From an uncultured Pseudomonadota bacterium (GTDB lineage Bacteria; Oederibacteriota; Muellerivitia; Muellerivitales; Muellerivitaceae): a stretch of 64,000 nt of DNA. Location of the stretch: positions 224,001 through 288,000 of the forward strand of contig CAVYRH010000026.1 in NCBI GenBank assembly GCA_963770835.1, in the 5' to 3' direction. The notes beneath the pieces were generated by a model that was not told where the DNA came from, made no database searches, and saw nothing but the letters and a program-made list of their open reading frames with translations. This document shows positions 45,970 through 57,025 of the stretch, piece by piece (position 1 is the stretch's first letter; every line of letters starts with the position of its first letter). The position numbers were made by a program, and so were the translations under genes.

Positions 45970-48900
45970 GTGAAAACGCTTTTAAATTTCTTCCAAAAAC
46001 AAAAATGCCTATCGAGCCTAACGGCCGCCCTAGTATTTTCGGCGTCCTCCCTAGCCTTTGGCCAGCACGTTAATTCAGGCGCTGCCGCAAATGATTTTCC
46101 CCACGCAACAAGTGCCGCCAACTATTACAAATACGAAACGATGTATGTTACCGATGTTACCCAAGCCGCGATGAATACGGCGGTTTCCAATATGTATAAC
46201 ACATGGTACGCGGATGCCGTTACTACGGGTGGATCTGGGGGAACAGATAGCTTTGGCACCCAACGTTTAAGGGTTTGGGGTAACTTTACCAATAACGGCA
46301 ATTGCAACGTTTGCACGGTTTCCGAAGGTATCGGGTACGGCATGCTCATTGCCGTCATGATGAATGACCAAACAACCTTTAATGGTATATGGTCCTATGC
46401 CCTGCAGTATATGCCGGATACCGACGGTAGTTTCTTGATGAATTGGATGGTCAATTCCAGCGGAAATGTTACAGGTAACAATGCTGCTACCGACGCGGAT
46501 GAAGATATGTGCATGGCCCTATTGATGGCCGACAAGGTTTGGGGTTCAACCGGAAATTATAATTACAGATCCAATTTTCAAAATATGCTGAACGCGATCT
46601 GGTCGAGAGAAGTGGACGTAAACGGGAACGCTTTCGTGAACCCGGGGGACGCCTACTCAAGCCCAGTTTATTCCAGTTACATGACTCCCCAATGGTACAA
46701 CTGCTGGAACGAATCGGGCATTGACGCCAACAACCACAATTGGGCTTCTATCTCTAATTGGGTTTACAACACCTATTATGGAAGCAACTACTCGAACGGC
46801 TTCGTGCCCGATACTCAGGGCAGTTCCCAGATGATGAACGACGCATCCCGTTACCCCATTCGTCTTGGCCTGGATTATCTTTACAACGGAACGGCCAAGG
46901 CCGGGACGCAGGTCCAGACTTTTGCCAGTGCCGTCGAGACGGGTGTCAACGCTAACGGCTATAGCGGGGCAAGCGGTGAAATTCAAAGCGGTTGGAATAT
47001 CTCGAACGGGAGCGTGGTGGGCCCGGCCAATAGTTCGGTGCAAATGGCCGGAGTAGTGGTGTCCGCCATGTGTTTGCCCAGTAACACGGCCAACCAAAAT
47101 TACCTAAACGGCGCCTGGGCCGCCATGCAGCCGGGAGCATCCGGGGGCTTTGCCAATCCTAATCAGGGAGGTTTTGAGTATTTCCAGGACACCCTTTGCG
47201 TGATCGGTGGGCTGATTGGCTCGGGCAATTTTCCGAATATAGTTTGCGGCACGCCGCCTTGCGGAAGTTTCACCTGCACGCCTATTCCAACAGCCACTCC
47301 CCAGGCCTGTTACATGGTTTCGGATGACGTGGATGATACTTCCCAAAACCACCTGAATGGCTATTGGTTCACTTACGCCTATGCCAGCCAAGCCAATACC
47401 CCGGTCACCACTCCCGAAATATCCTGGGTCTTTCCCGCCGCCGACATCGTTGACGGAACCGTTTACGTTCCTGGGGAAACCTCTTCGGATAGTGTTTCGG
47501 GTTTCTGCAACCTCAACGGTGAATCCATCACAGCCACGATAGGCGGCAAGGCGGTTACGGGTGATGTTTACGCCGGATACGCCTTGGGAACGCAAATGAC
47601 AGGCTATTCAAACTTGACCAACATGACTAATGTTAGCTTCTATGTCAGGGCGAGTTCGATTCCGGCTACGATCCAGTTCACCTTGTACAACCCGAACATC
47701 GATTTCGCGGCCTCGGGCGGAGTCGGAAATTCAAACCAATACGGGGTTGTCATTCCCATCACCGCCGCCAATACCTGGCAGTTTTGTTCTTTTGCCGGTA
47801 CGGGGACAATCCTTAACCACGCCGCTTGGGGCCCGGCGATAGGGGCTGCTCCCGGCGCAAACGGAGCCCTCAACCCCGGCGGCGCCGCCACCACTTACAC
47901 CTACGCCATGGCGGTGAGCAATATTCAAAATCTCGAGTGGCAGACGGCCGCCCCCGTTTCCACGATGATCAACTATAAGTATTGGGTGAGCCAAGTCTGT
48001 ATCGCGGGAACCAACTGGCAGTCGCCCACGCCTTTGCCCACGTCCACACCGGTGGTAACGGTTGTTCCGACCGGGACTCCGACGGGAACCCCTACGAAGA
48101 CGGCGACCAATAGCCCCACTTCTTCTCCCACATTTACAGTCACACCCTCTCCTACCAATAGCCCGACCCGCACCCCGACCTTTACCACGACGGCCAGCCC
48201 GACGAATACCATCGGCAATACGGCTACGAATACCGCCACTTCCACGGCCACAAATAGCGTCACCAGCACGAACACCAGCAGCCCCACTAAAACCACCACT
48301 CTGACCCCCTCTAATACCCCCACTAGCACATTGGCCAATACGGCCACTAATACCTCCACCTCCACCGCCACGAGCACCGTCACCAACACGGCTACTTCCA
48401 GCGCCACGCGCACCGCAACCTTCACTCCGACCGCGACGACCACCAATACCTTAGCTAATACGGCTACCAATACCGCCACCGCCACTACAACGAACACGGC
48501 CACCAACACGGCTACTTCCAGCCCCACCCGCACCGCAACTTTTACCGCGACCGCGACGACCACGAACACACTGGCCAACACGGCCACCAATACCACAACG
48601 TCTACCGCGACCTTTACCGCAACCTACACCCCCACCTTGACGCCCAGCTTTACCCCGAGCTCGACCACCACCAAAACACCCACGGCCACCATCACGAGTA
48701 CCCCCACCGATACCGGCACGTCGACGCCGAGTCCCACCGGTACCCTTCCCACGGCCACCGATACCGCCACCCTTACCCCGAGTTCCACGCCGACCTTGAC
48801 GGCCACCAAAACCTCCACCTCCACGTCCACCGAAACGCCTACCGATTCGGCCACTTCGACGGCCACCCGCACGGCGACCTTGACCACTACGAATACGCCG

Positions 48901-50094
48901 ACTTCCTCCACGACTGCCACCCCGACGTTTACGGCGACATCAACCCCCACAAACACCTTGGCGAATACGGCCACCTCTACCGCAACCTCGACCCCGACCG
49001 CTACTTTGGTCAATACGGGAACTCCCACCTCGACCGCCACCCTTACGCCGACCTTCACCCCAACCCGGACGGCCACATCCACCGCCACCCTCACCACAAC
49101 CAACAGCGCCACTTACACCGCCACATTGACATCCACCCGAACCCCATCCAATACACCGACCGGCACTCCGACGAACACTTTGATCAACACGGGCACACCC
49201 ACCCAGACCACAACCGCTACCGCCACGCTTACCCCCACGAACACCCAAACCACGACTTCCACGGCAACCGCCACCCCGACGAATACCCTTGTGAATACAG
49301 CCACCCCGACCACTACGCCTTCCTCGACACCCACTGCGGTAACAGTGGCGGCATCCCAAGGATCCAACCCGCCGGGCAACTCGAACCAACTGTCCGGGTC
49401 CACCAATGTGGCGGTTCAACAGGTTCTCATGACAAACACCAGCAGCACTTCGACGATCAACATGACGGGATTAAGCCTCACGGTGACAGGAACGGGGAAC
49501 CCGGCAGACATCACGGGAGTGACGTTATGGGCGAACGGGGTGTCGATTACTTCAGCGACCTTCGCAGGAACGATGGCGACTTTCGTCTTCAACGAGACTC
49601 TCCTGCCCTCTGCGGGAGTGACTTATACGGCGACGGCTAATTTTGGGTCGAACGCCAACGGAACCTATGGCTTCAGCATGACAGGGGCAAGTGGAACTAA
49701 CGGCCAGGCGGCGCAGTTCAGCGGGTTGCCGGTGGCGGGAGCCACGGTCACAGTGACGCATCCGACTGTCACCCCCACGTCCAGCCCGACACTGACGATC
49801 ACTTCGACGCCCCAGGCGGTTACGACACCGATTGTTTTCCCCAACCCCTCCAGCGGGGGACCGGTCAATGTCATGCCGACGGCTTACACGGGCACGGCGG
49901 ACGTTAAGGTCCAGATATTCACCACGGCCTTCCGGAAGGTGCAGGAGAAGCCATATCCCTCACTGCCCTACGGCCCGATCAAGATTTACATGCAAGATGA
50001 TTGGGGAACCCCCTTGGCCAGCGGCCTTTACTACGTCGTCATCACCGTTAACAGCCACCAACGTTCCATCGCAAAACTCCTCTTACTGCGCTGA
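45970..50094 (+). CDS. Secreted GH8 glycoside hydrolase with CBM-like domain, Thr linker, shared module and sorting domain
   Basis: TVSEGIGYGMLIAV, MNW, ATDADEDMCMALLMA, NDASRYPIRLGLDY; ends FPNP..KLLLLR. GTG 45970 follows gagg. Confidence 0.9.
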   Translation: MKTLLNFFQKQKCLSSLTAALVFSASSLAFGQHVNSGAAANDFPHATSAANYYKYETMYVTDVTQAAMNTAVSNMYNTWYADAVTTGGSGGTDSFGTQRLRVWGNFTNNGNCNVCTVSEGIGYGMLIAVMMNDQTTFNGIWSYALQYMPDTDGSFLMNWMVNSSGNVTGNNAATDADEDMCMALLMADKVWGSTGNYNYRSNFQNMLNAIWSREVDVNGNAFVNPGDAYSSPVYSSYMTPQWYNCWNESGIDANNHNWASISNWVYNTYYGSNYSNGFVPDTQGSSQMMNDASRYPIRLGLDYLYNGTAKAGTQVQTFASAVETGVNANGYSGASGEIQSGWNISNGSVVGPANSSVQMAGVVVSAMCLPSNTANQNYLNGAWAAMQPGASGGFANPNQGGFEYFQDTLCVIGGLIGSGNFPNIVCGTPPCGSFTCTPIPTATPQACYMVSDDVDDTSQNHLNGYWFTYAYASQANTPVTTPEISWVFPAADIVDGTVYVPGETSSDSVSGFCNLNGESITATIGGKAVTGDVYAGYALGTQMTGYSNLTNMTNVSFYVRASSIPATIQFTLYNPNIDFAASGGVGNSNQYGVVIPITAANTWQFCSFAGTGTILNHAAWGPAIGAAPGANGALNPGGAATTYTYAMAVSNIQNLEWQTAAPVSTMINYKYWVSQVCIAGTNWQSPTPLPTSTPVVTVVPTGTPTGTPTKTATNSPTSSPTFTVTPSPTNSPTRTPTFTTTASPTNTIGNTATNTATSTATNSVTSTNTSSPTKTTTLTPSNTPTSTLANTATNTSTSTATSTVTNTATSSATRTATFTPTATTTNTLANTATNTATATTTNTATNTATSSPTRTATFTATATTTNTLANTATNTTTSTATFTATYTPTLTPSFTPSSTTTKTPTATITSTPTDTGTSTPSPTGTLPTATDTATLTPSSTPTLTATKTSTSTSTETPTDSATSTATRTATLTTTNTPTSSTTATPTFTATSTPTNTLANTATSTATSTPTATLVNTGTPTSTATLTPTFTPTRTATSTATLTTTNSATYTATLTSTRTPSNTPTGTPTNTLINTGTPTQTTTATATLTPTNTQTTTSTATATPTNTLVNTATPTTTPSSTPTAVTVAASQGSNPPGNSNQLSGSTNVAVQQVLMTNTSSTSTINMTGLSLTVTGTGNPADITGVTLWANGVSITSATFAGTMATFVFNETLLPSAGVTYTATANFGSNANGTYGFSMTGASGTNGQAAQFSGLPVAGATVTVTHPTVTPTSSPTLTITSTPQAVTTPIVFPNPSSGGPVNVMPTAYTGTADVKVQIFTTAFRKVQEKPYPSLPYGPIKIYMQDDWGTPLASGLYYVVITVNSHQRSIAKLLLLR

Positions 50095-50228
50095 TCTTTT
50101 CTGGGTTTTCGAAGAACCCCACGTGTCTTTCAATAACCGCCTGATTCCCCCAAAAAGAGATAAAATATTGACCTAGGCGCGAGTTTTGCAATTTCACCTA
50201 AAAACGATAAAAGCCGGGGCTTGGCGGA

Positions 50229-53200
50229 ATGAAATCCCCTCTTAAAAAATTTTTCCCATGGTTGCCGGGACTGGTGGTGGGATTGTGGCCCACCGGGGTT
50301 TTCGCCGCGACCATCGCGGGCCACATCAAAATCGACAATTTCGGCTACCGCACTACCGACACAAAAATAGCCTATTTCACCCAGAACCCCGGGACGACCG
50401 TCGGGGTCTACAACGCCAGCACCAGCGTCTTGGCCTATTCCGTTCCGGCGGCGAACATCACTGGCCCTTTCACCGATTCCGGCGCCACCACTTGGATCTC
50501 CGGCGACACGGTATGGCGGGCGGACTTCTCCTCCTTCACCACGCCGGGAACCTATTACATCCTTTCCACCAGCCTGAACGAGATCTCCTACAACTTCCAG
50601 ATCAGCGATTGCATCTATCAGGCTCCCATGACCGCGACGCTAAAGGCCCTTTATTACCAAAGATGCGGATGCGCCAAGCCGGCCCAATACGCGGGGGCAA
50701 ACTGGGCCGACAGCTCCGCCTGCCACACGCAGGACGCCGCCTGTGCGCCCGCGCCCGGATGCACCTTCCCCAATAACTACGGCACCTTGAACCTGGAGGG
50801 CGGATGGCACGACGCGGGGGACTACAATAAGTACATCGGATCGACTCCCTCGGGTTCCTGCCAGAGCTGGGGAGGGGACTCGGGGGAAGCCATCCACGAC
50901 CTGATGACCGCCTACGAGTGGAACCCCACGCTCTACGCAGGCCTCTCCTCCAACATCCCCGAATCGGGCAACGGCAACCCCGACATCCTCAACGAAGCCA
51001 AATGGGAGCTGGACTGGTACCTAAAGATGCAGATGACCGACAACCATGTTTTGTCGGTGGTGCACCAGACCGTCTACACCACGGGCTCGCCGCCCTCCAC
51101 CGACACCACGACGCGCTACTATTACCCTCCCAACGGCGACGGGGAGGCCCAGTTCGTAGCCATGCTTTCCCACTCGGGGCGGGTCATGTCCACCGTGCCG
51201 GGGATGGCCAACTACGCCGTCACCCTGAGGACTGCCGCGGAAAAAACCTGGAACGCCTATTCCACTACCTGGACCAGCGATGATTTCAAGTTTTGGGCTG
51301 CCGCGGAAATCTTCCGCATGGAGGAGGCCTTGGGCGGGCCGGCTTCCATCATCTCGGCCGCCCAGTCCTTTGTGGACAACTATCAAACCTGGAGCACGCC
51401 CTTTTACCTGAACGAGGACAAGCTCCAGCAGAATTGGGGCATGCTGGCTTATATGCAGGCCACCAATGCCACGACGTCGGTGGTCGGCTACATGAAAACC
51501 TCCTGGGGCAACCTCATGAACGACCTCTTTGGCCAGGACGACGTCTATCATTCGGGCATGCACACCTACGACTATTATTGGGGCGCGGATGAAGTGAAGA
51601 TGAACTACGCCATGGAGCTCCTTTGGGCCGCCAAACTTGGCGCCACGGGGACCCACACCGCCGCCCAATGCACTCAGCACGCCGAGGACTTCCTGCATTA
51701 CATGAACGGCGCCAACCCCATCAACATGACCCTGATGACCAACTCGGCCGCCATCGGCGCCTCCCATGGCATTTGGCGCATCTATCATTCCTGGTTCGGG
51801 AACTACGGAGTCACCTTCTCCTTCAACAACTTCATCGGAAAACCTGCTTCGGTGGTGGATCCCCTCTATCCCTATTATTCAGGGACGGATAATTTCGGCA
51901 TCAGCGATAGCGGCCCCTCTACTTACGGCCCTCCTCCGGGGATCGTCCCGGACGGGCCCAGCGACGGGTATTTCCAACAGCCAGGAAAATCCATACCACC
52001 CCTCCTAGCTGGTGGAGCGGAACCCCCTTATGAAAAAGATTACCGGGATTGGGATTGGGTAGACCCCAACGGCAACCAGTCCATTCCCTGGGTCGTGAAC
52101 GAAACGGGCCTTTATTACACGGCTTCCTACATGGTCGTGGCATCGGCCTTCACCAATGCCTGCTCCATCCCGGCGACTTCTACCCCCACTTCAACTGCCA
52201 CACTCACACCCACGAAAACGCCGACCGCTACCCCAAGCCTAACCCCTACTTTTACGGTGACCTTGAGCCCGACTTTGACGGCTTCTTTTACTGTCACGAA
52301 CACCACCACCAAGACCGCTACTTTGACGGCCACTTCGACGCCTACGAACACCACTACCAATAGCCCCACTCAAACCACCACCTCGACTCCGACGGCTACC
52401 AATACCCTTGCCAATACGGGTACGCCTACCTCCACCACCACCAAGACCGCCACTGCAACCGCTACCTCAACGGCTACCAATACTTCCACCAATAGTCCCA
52501 CCCAGACAACTACCTTAACTCCGACGGCAACGGTCACCAATACGCTAGCCAATACGGGTACGCCCACTTCCACCGCGACCAAGACCGCCACCAACAGCCC
52601 CACCCGCACCGCAAGCTATACAACCACCGCAACGCCAACAAATACCTCCCTCAATACGCCCACTAATACTCCCACATCCACGCCCAGCTTTACCTCCACC
52701 AGCACTACGACAGCCACGGCCACTAATACCGTGACCTCCACCGACACCAAGACTCCCACGGCTACAATTACGAATACGCCGACCGATAGCGGAACGCCGA
52801 CGCTCACGGCGACCGGGACCATCCCTACGGCTACCAATACGCCCAGCTTCACTCCCAGTTCCACTCCCACCATGACGGGCACCAATACAGCCAGTTCCAC
52901 CGCCACCAACACGACCACGAACTCAACTACCCCGACGGTCACCCGCACGGCCACTGCCACGACTACCAACACGCCTACCTTTACGACGACGTTGACCCTC
53001 ACGAATAGTGCCACCTCTACGTTGACGGCTACGCCGTCAAATACTGCTTCAGGCACCGCCACCGCGACGACCACGCTCACAGCGTCCCATACACCGACTG
53101 GCACCCCCACCAACACCCTCGTCAACACGGGCACGCCCACCCATACGGCGACCCTTTCACCCAGTTCCACTGCCACTCTCACCACGACCAATAGCGCTAC

Positions 53201-54083
53201 TTCTAGCGCAACCGCCACCCCCACGAATACCCTCGTGAACACGGCCACTCTGACCAGCACGCCTTCCGCGACGCCAACTGCGGTGACGGTGGCGGCATCC
53301 CAAGGCTCCAACCCGCCAGGCAATTCGGACCAATTGCCTGGGGCCACCAATGTGGCGGTTCAGCAGGTTCTATTGACGAACCCCAGCAACACGTCGGCGA
53401 TCAACATGACGGGATTGACGATGTCGGTAACGGGAACAGGCAACCTGGCGGATATCACGGGTTTAACTTTGTCGGCCAATGGCGTGTCGATCACCGCAAC
53501 GACCTTCACAGGGACGACGGCGACCTTCTCGCTTAGTGGGACTATCCCGCCCTCTTTGGGCGTGACTTATACCGTGACGGCTGATTTTGGAGTGAATGCC
53601 AGCGGAACCTACGCATTTAGCGCGACGGGAGCCAGCGGGAACAACGGGCAGGCGACGCAATTCAGCGGCTTGCCGGTGGCGGGGGCCATAGTCACGGTGG
53701 CGCATGCGACGTCCACCCCCACGATGACCCCCAGCCTTACGCCTAGTGTCACACCTACTTTGACTTTGACGGCCCCGCTGACTAATACTCCAACGCCCCA
53801 CCCATTAGCGACCCGGGTGGTCCTGTATCCCAACCCCTCGAGCGGCACCGAACCCCTCTTCATCGCCGTTCCTTTAACCGCCCCCGCCGACGTCAAGGTG
53901 CAAATTTTCACGACCGCCTTCCGCAAGGTTCAGGAAAAAACTTATCCAAGCCAACCGGTTGACATTCCGGTTTCCATCACCTTAAACGACAGGGAAGGGG
54001 TACCCCTCGCCAGCGGGCTTTATTACGTGGTAGTCACCGTGAACGGTCAAAGGACCATCTCCAAACTGCTCATTCTCAGGTAA
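50229..54083 (+). CDS. Secreted GH9 endoglucanase (N-terminal Ig-like domain) with Thr linker, shared module and sorting domain
   Basis: [57 protein letters not shown]; ends YPNP..KLLILR. Confidence 0.92.
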   Translation: MKSPLKKFFPWLPGLVVGLWPTGVFAATIAGHIKIDNFGYRTTDTKIAYFTQNPGTTVGVYNASTSVLAYSVPAANITGPFTDSGATTWISGDTVWRADFSSFTTPGTYYILSTSLNEISYNFQISDCIYQAPMTATLKALYYQRCGCAKPAQYAGANWADSSACHTQDAACAPAPGCTFPNNYGTLNLEGGWHDAGDYNKYIGSTPSGSCQSWGGDSGEAIHDLMTAYEWNPTLYAGLSSNIPESGNGNPDILNEAKWELDWYLKMQMTDNHVLSVVHQTVYTTGSPPSTDTTTRYYYPPNGDGEAQFVAMLSHSGRVMSTVPGMANYAVTLRTAAEKTWNAYSTTWTSDDFKFWAAAEIFRMEEALGGPASIISAAQSFVDNYQTWSTPFYLNEDKLQQNWGMLAYMQATNATTSVVGYMKTSWGNLMNDLFGQDDVYHSGMHTYDYYWGADEVKMNYAMELLWAAKLGATGTHTAAQCTQHAEDFLHYMNGANPINMTLMTNSAAIGASHGIWRIYHSWFGNYGVTFSFNNFIGKPASVVDPLYPYYSGTDNFGISDSGPSTYGPPPGIVPDGPSDGYFQQPGKSIPPLLAGGAEPPYEKDYRDWDWVDPNGNQSIPWVVNETGLYYTASYMVVASAFTNACSIPATSTPTSTATLTPTKTPTATPSLTPTFTVTLSPTLTASFTVTNTTTKTATLTATSTPTNTTTNSPTQTTTSTPTATNTLANTGTPTSTTTKTATATATSTATNTSTNSPTQTTTLTPTATVTNTLANTGTPTSTATKTATNSPTRTASYTTTATPTNTSLNTPTNTPTSTPSFTSTSTTTATATNTVTSTDTKTPTATITNTPTDSGTPTLTATGTIPTATNTPSFTPSSTPTMTGTNTASSTATNTTTNSTTPTVTRTATATTTNTPTFTTTLTLTNSATSTLTATPSNTASGTATATTTLTASHTPTGTPTNTLVNTGTPTHTATLSPSSTATLTTTNSATSSATATPTNTLVNTATLTSTPSATPTAVTVAASQGSNPPGNSDQLPGATNVAVQQVLLTNPSNTSAINMTGLTMSVTGTGNLADITGLTLSANGVSITATTFTGTTATFSLSGTIPPSLGVTYTVTADFGVNASGTYAFSATGASGNNGQATQFSGLPVAGAIVTVAHATSTPTMTPSLTPSVTPTLTLTAPLTNTPTPHPLATRVVLYPNPSSGTEPLFIAVPLTAPADVKVQIFTTAFRKVQEKTYPSQPVDIPVSITLNDREGVPLASGLYYVVVTVNGQRTISKLLILR

Positions 54084-54233
54084 GGCCCCGAAATTTATCC
54101 CCAACCTAATTGATCCGTTTAAGCTCCCAAAAAACGAAAGCGGATAAATGATTGGAATCCCGTTAAAGCAAAAGCCCCGGCGACGTAAGATGGTGGCCGG
54201 TTTAAAACCGCTTTCGCTTTTTTTGCAACCCGG

Positions 54234-54261
54234 GGAATAAACCGAAGAAAACCAGGACTAA
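54234..54261 (+). promoter_or_regulatory. Putative ECF-sigma promoter (autoregulatory)
   Basis: ggaataaacc-N11-ggactaa directly upstream of the ECF gene; same motif at 58653. Confidence 0.55.
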
Positions 54262-54277
54262 TAAAGGAGCGTGCCGG

Positions 54278-54862
54278 TTGGACGAAAAGGAGCTGGTGGA
54301 AAAAATCCTCCGGGGGGATGAGGCGGCCAAGGGGCGCTTTTTCGAGGCCTATAAGGACCAGCTATACCGGGTGAGCTGCAACTTCCTGGGCTACAGGGAC
54401 CCGGACGCGGAGGACGTAGTGCAGGAAACCTTCCTCACGGCCTTCCAGAAGCTGGGGGACTTCGAGTTCCGCTCGTCCCTGTCCACCTGGCTGACGCGGA
54501 TCTGTATCTACAAAACCTATCAGCGCATCGAGAAAAGGCACCGCGACCTGGTGAGGGCCCACGAAGACCTTGAAATCCTCACCCGCCCGGCGGCGATCAA
54601 GGCCCTCGGCGACCAGGAAGAGGGGGACCACCGCCGGGAACGTATGGACCTGATCGCCCGGTGCCTAGACAGGCTTAAAAAGCAGTGCCAGGAAATCCTG
54701 AAGCTCCGGGATATGGAAGGCGAGAGCTATAGTGTGATCGGAAAGAAATTGAAACTGCCCATCGGGACGGTCATGAGCCGGCTTTCCCGGTGCAAGGAAG
54801 CCTTAAAGGCCCTGGTGAAGGGCGAATTGGAAGGGAATAAGAATGGCGGAGCAAGAGGATAA
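54278..54862 (+). CDS. ECF-type RNA polymerase sigma factor
   Basis: DAEDVVQETF, FEFRSSLSTWL.RI, SY..I...L.LPIGTVMSRLSR; SD aaggag. Confidence 0.93.
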   Translation: MDEKELVEKILRGDEAAKGRFFEAYKDQLYRVSCNFLGYRDPDAEDVVQETFLTAFQKLGDFEFRSSLSTWLTRICIYKTYQRIEKRHRDLVRAHEDLEILTRPAAIKALGDQEEGDHRRERMDLIARCLDRLKKQCQEILKLRDMEGESYSVIGKKLKLPIGTVMSRLSRCKEALKALVKGELEGNKNGGARG

Positions 54863-55046
54863 CCTTTGGGGTCGGCCCCTGGGGCCTTCCGAATCCATCC
54901 GTTTGTCCCTCGACCTGGAGAAGGCCTCGTCGCAGGAGGAAAAGATGGAAGTCCTGGCCGAACTGTTCTTTGGTTTCAACCAAAGCCAGGTTCTGGATGG
55001 ACCGGTGGACGGCGCTGAACCCCCCGGCGCCAAAGGAAAACCATGA
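54843..55046 (+). CDS. Small protein resembling the N-terminus of the downstream anti-sigma factor
   Basis: Overlaps both neighbours. WGRPLGPSESIRLSLDLE aligns with FVRDLSPEESDLLARTLE. Confidence 0.5.
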   Translation: MAEQEDNLWGRPLGPSESIRLSLDLEKASSQEEKMEVLAELFFGFNQSQVLDGPVDGAEPPGAKGKP

Positions 55047-55681
55047 GCGACTTGATCCAAGCCTTTTTTGTGAGGGACCTCTCCCCGGAGGAATCGGACC
55101 TATTGGCCCGAACCCTGGAGAATTCGGGGGACGATGCCCTGCGGTTCGCCTCACTGGGCGAAGCCGCTTACCAGGCCACGGGACTGCCCGCCCACCACTG
55201 GCACGGAGCCAACCCCTGGGGGCCCGGTTGGGGCACCGCCGGGAAGGGAACCACCTTGTTGAAGATCCTCCTGGCCGCCGGGGGATTGGGCGCCGCCTGG
55301 TGGTATTTCCACAGGCCCGCGCCACCTATCCCGGCCTCTCTTTCGTCGATAAAGCCCGTGGAGAGCCTCCAACCTTCCGTGCCCTATTGCCCGCCTAAGC
55401 CCGTCCAACCCTTGTCCTCGGTCCCGGGTATGGAAGGCAAGAACCTGCAGGTGGAAGTCGACGTCGCCCAGCCGGGCCTCGTCACCGTCCGGGTCCTGGA
55501 CCCCCAGGGAGCGGAAGTGCGCCACCTCTACACGGGATTCCTCCAAAAAGGCGGCTGGCGTTTCGCATGGGACGGGCTTCTTTCCGACGGGAAAGCCGCG
55601 CCGGAAGGGCGGTACCTGATTGAGGTGAAATCCGGCCAGGGGAATTTCACCAAGCCGGTGGACCTCTCCACTCACCCGTAA
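55043..55681 (+). CDS. Putative membrane anti-sigma factor with periplasmic FlgD-Ig-like domain
   Basis: Short N-domain, one TM helix (ILLAAGGLGAAWWYF), Pro linker, VTVRVLDPQGAEVRHL..WDG..DGK.APEGRYLIEV. Confidence 0.75.
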   Translation: MSDLIQAFFVRDLSPEESDLLARTLENSGDDALRFASLGEAAYQATGLPAHHWHGANPWGPGWGTAGKGTTLLKILLAAGGLGAAWWYFHRPAPPIPASLSSIKPVESLQPSVPYCPPKPVQPLSSVPGMEGKNLQVEVDVAQPGLVTVRVLDPQGAEVRHLYTGFLQKGGWRFAWDGLLSDGKAAPEGRYLIEVKSGQGNFTKPVDLSTHP

Positions 55682-55756
55682 GTCTTCTCCTGGTAAAATA
55701 CCCGTGGGCGGAAAGCGGCGACTGTCTTCGATTTCGCCCAATCGCGGGGGTCACCG

Positions 55757-57025
55757 GTGGCTTGGCAAAAAACCTTTAGGGTCCTTTCGGCTCTTCTTCC
55801 GATGGCGATCCCCTCCGCCCTGGCGGCCCAATCGGTCCTCCCGGCCGCGGGCCTGTCCCTCCCGCTTTACAACGCCGAGGGGTCGGCCCGATCCACGGCC
55901 ATGGGGTCCGCTCTGGTGGGATGGGGCGGGGACGCCGAATCCGTCTTTTGGAATCCGGCGGGTTTGGCCGGTCTTCCGCGCATGGACCTCTCCCTCCACC
56001 ACAACAGCTATTTCGCGGGGACTTTCCAGGAGACACTCCTCTTCGGCGTTCCGTTAGGGCCAAGGGACGGCCTGGCGGTTTTGGCAGATTACGTGAACTG
56101 GGGTTCCTTCGACGAAAGGGATTCGACGGGAAACCTCCTGGGTTCCTTCACGGACACGGATACGGGATTGGGAGTGGGCTGGGGGAGGGAATGGACGAAA
56201 GGATTCTCCGCTGGGTTCACCCTCCGGGGCCTCCAGCAAAAAGTGAAGGACAACACCTATAGCAGCCTGGTGGGCACCCTGGGCCTGCTTTGGACGGTCC
56301 GCCCGGGCCTGGAAGCGGGAGCCACCTATACGAACCTCGGCACCTCATTGGACGGAAACTCCAACGCCAACGACCTCAAGGCGGGCCTTTCCTGGAAGAC
56401 CCGCGCCGCGAAGGATTTGGAAATCCTCACCGCGCTGGCGGGCAGCTGGGAAGAGAACGGGGTGAGCGGGATGCAGGCGGGGATCGAAGGAACCTGGGGG
56501 GGATTCTTCGCCCTGAGGACCGGCTACCAGATGGACTTGAGCGATAACCAGCTGTCGGGCTTGGCGGGTTTGACGGCGGGGGCGGGTTTACAGTTCCGGG
56601 ATTTCCGGCTGGATTACGCCTTCCTTCCCTCAGGTGATCTGGGAACCTCGAACCGCCTGAGCCTGGGTTACGAGTTTCCGCAGGCGCTACCCCCGGCCCC
56701 CGTGACGGTCACGGTGGTAGCCACGCCCGTTCCGGCGGCCCGCGCCCCGGCCCAGCCCGGGTCCTCCCTGGACCTTCGCTTCGAATTGCCGGAAGAGGCG
56801 GGGGAAAATCCCGGTGAGGAGGAGGAAAAGAACCTGGCCTCCTTGGTGGCTGTGGTAGGGCAAACGCCGGGGGACGCCCAAGCCTGGTGGAAACTGGGGA
56901 CGGCTTACTATCACTTGGGAAAAAAACAGGACGCCATCCAGTGTTTCGAGCAGGTTTTGAGGTTGAAGCCGGATAACCCGAAACTGGGGGCCTGGATTGA
57001 GACTTACGAAAAGGCCAAACCGTGA
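55757..57025 (+). CDS. PorV/PorQ-family outer-membrane barrel with C-terminal TPR
   Basis: SARSTAMG.A....DAESVFWNPAGLA, FALRTGY, LDYAFLP.GDLG.SNRLSLGYEF; TPR AQAWWKLGTAYY..AIQCFEQVL.LKP. Confidence 0.87.
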   Translation: MAWQKTFRVLSALLPMAIPSALAAQSVLPAAGLSLPLYNAEGSARSTAMGSALVGWGGDAESVFWNPAGLAGLPRMDLSLHHNSYFAGTFQETLLFGVPLGPRDGLAVLADYVNWGSFDERDSTGNLLGSFTDTDTGLGVGWGREWTKGFSAGFTLRGLQQKVKDNTYSSLVGTLGLLWTVRPGLEAGATYTNLGTSLDGNSNANDLKAGLSWKTRAAKDLEILTALAGSWEENGVSGMQAGIEGTWGGFFALRTGYQMDLSDNQLSGLAGLTAGAGLQFRDFRLDYAFLPSGDLGTSNRLSLGYEFPQALPPAPVTVTVVATPVPAARAPAQPGSSLDLRFELPEEAGENPGEEEEKNLASLVAVVGQTPGDAQAWWKLGTAYYHLGKKQDAIQCFEQVLRLKPDNPKLGAWIETYEKAKP

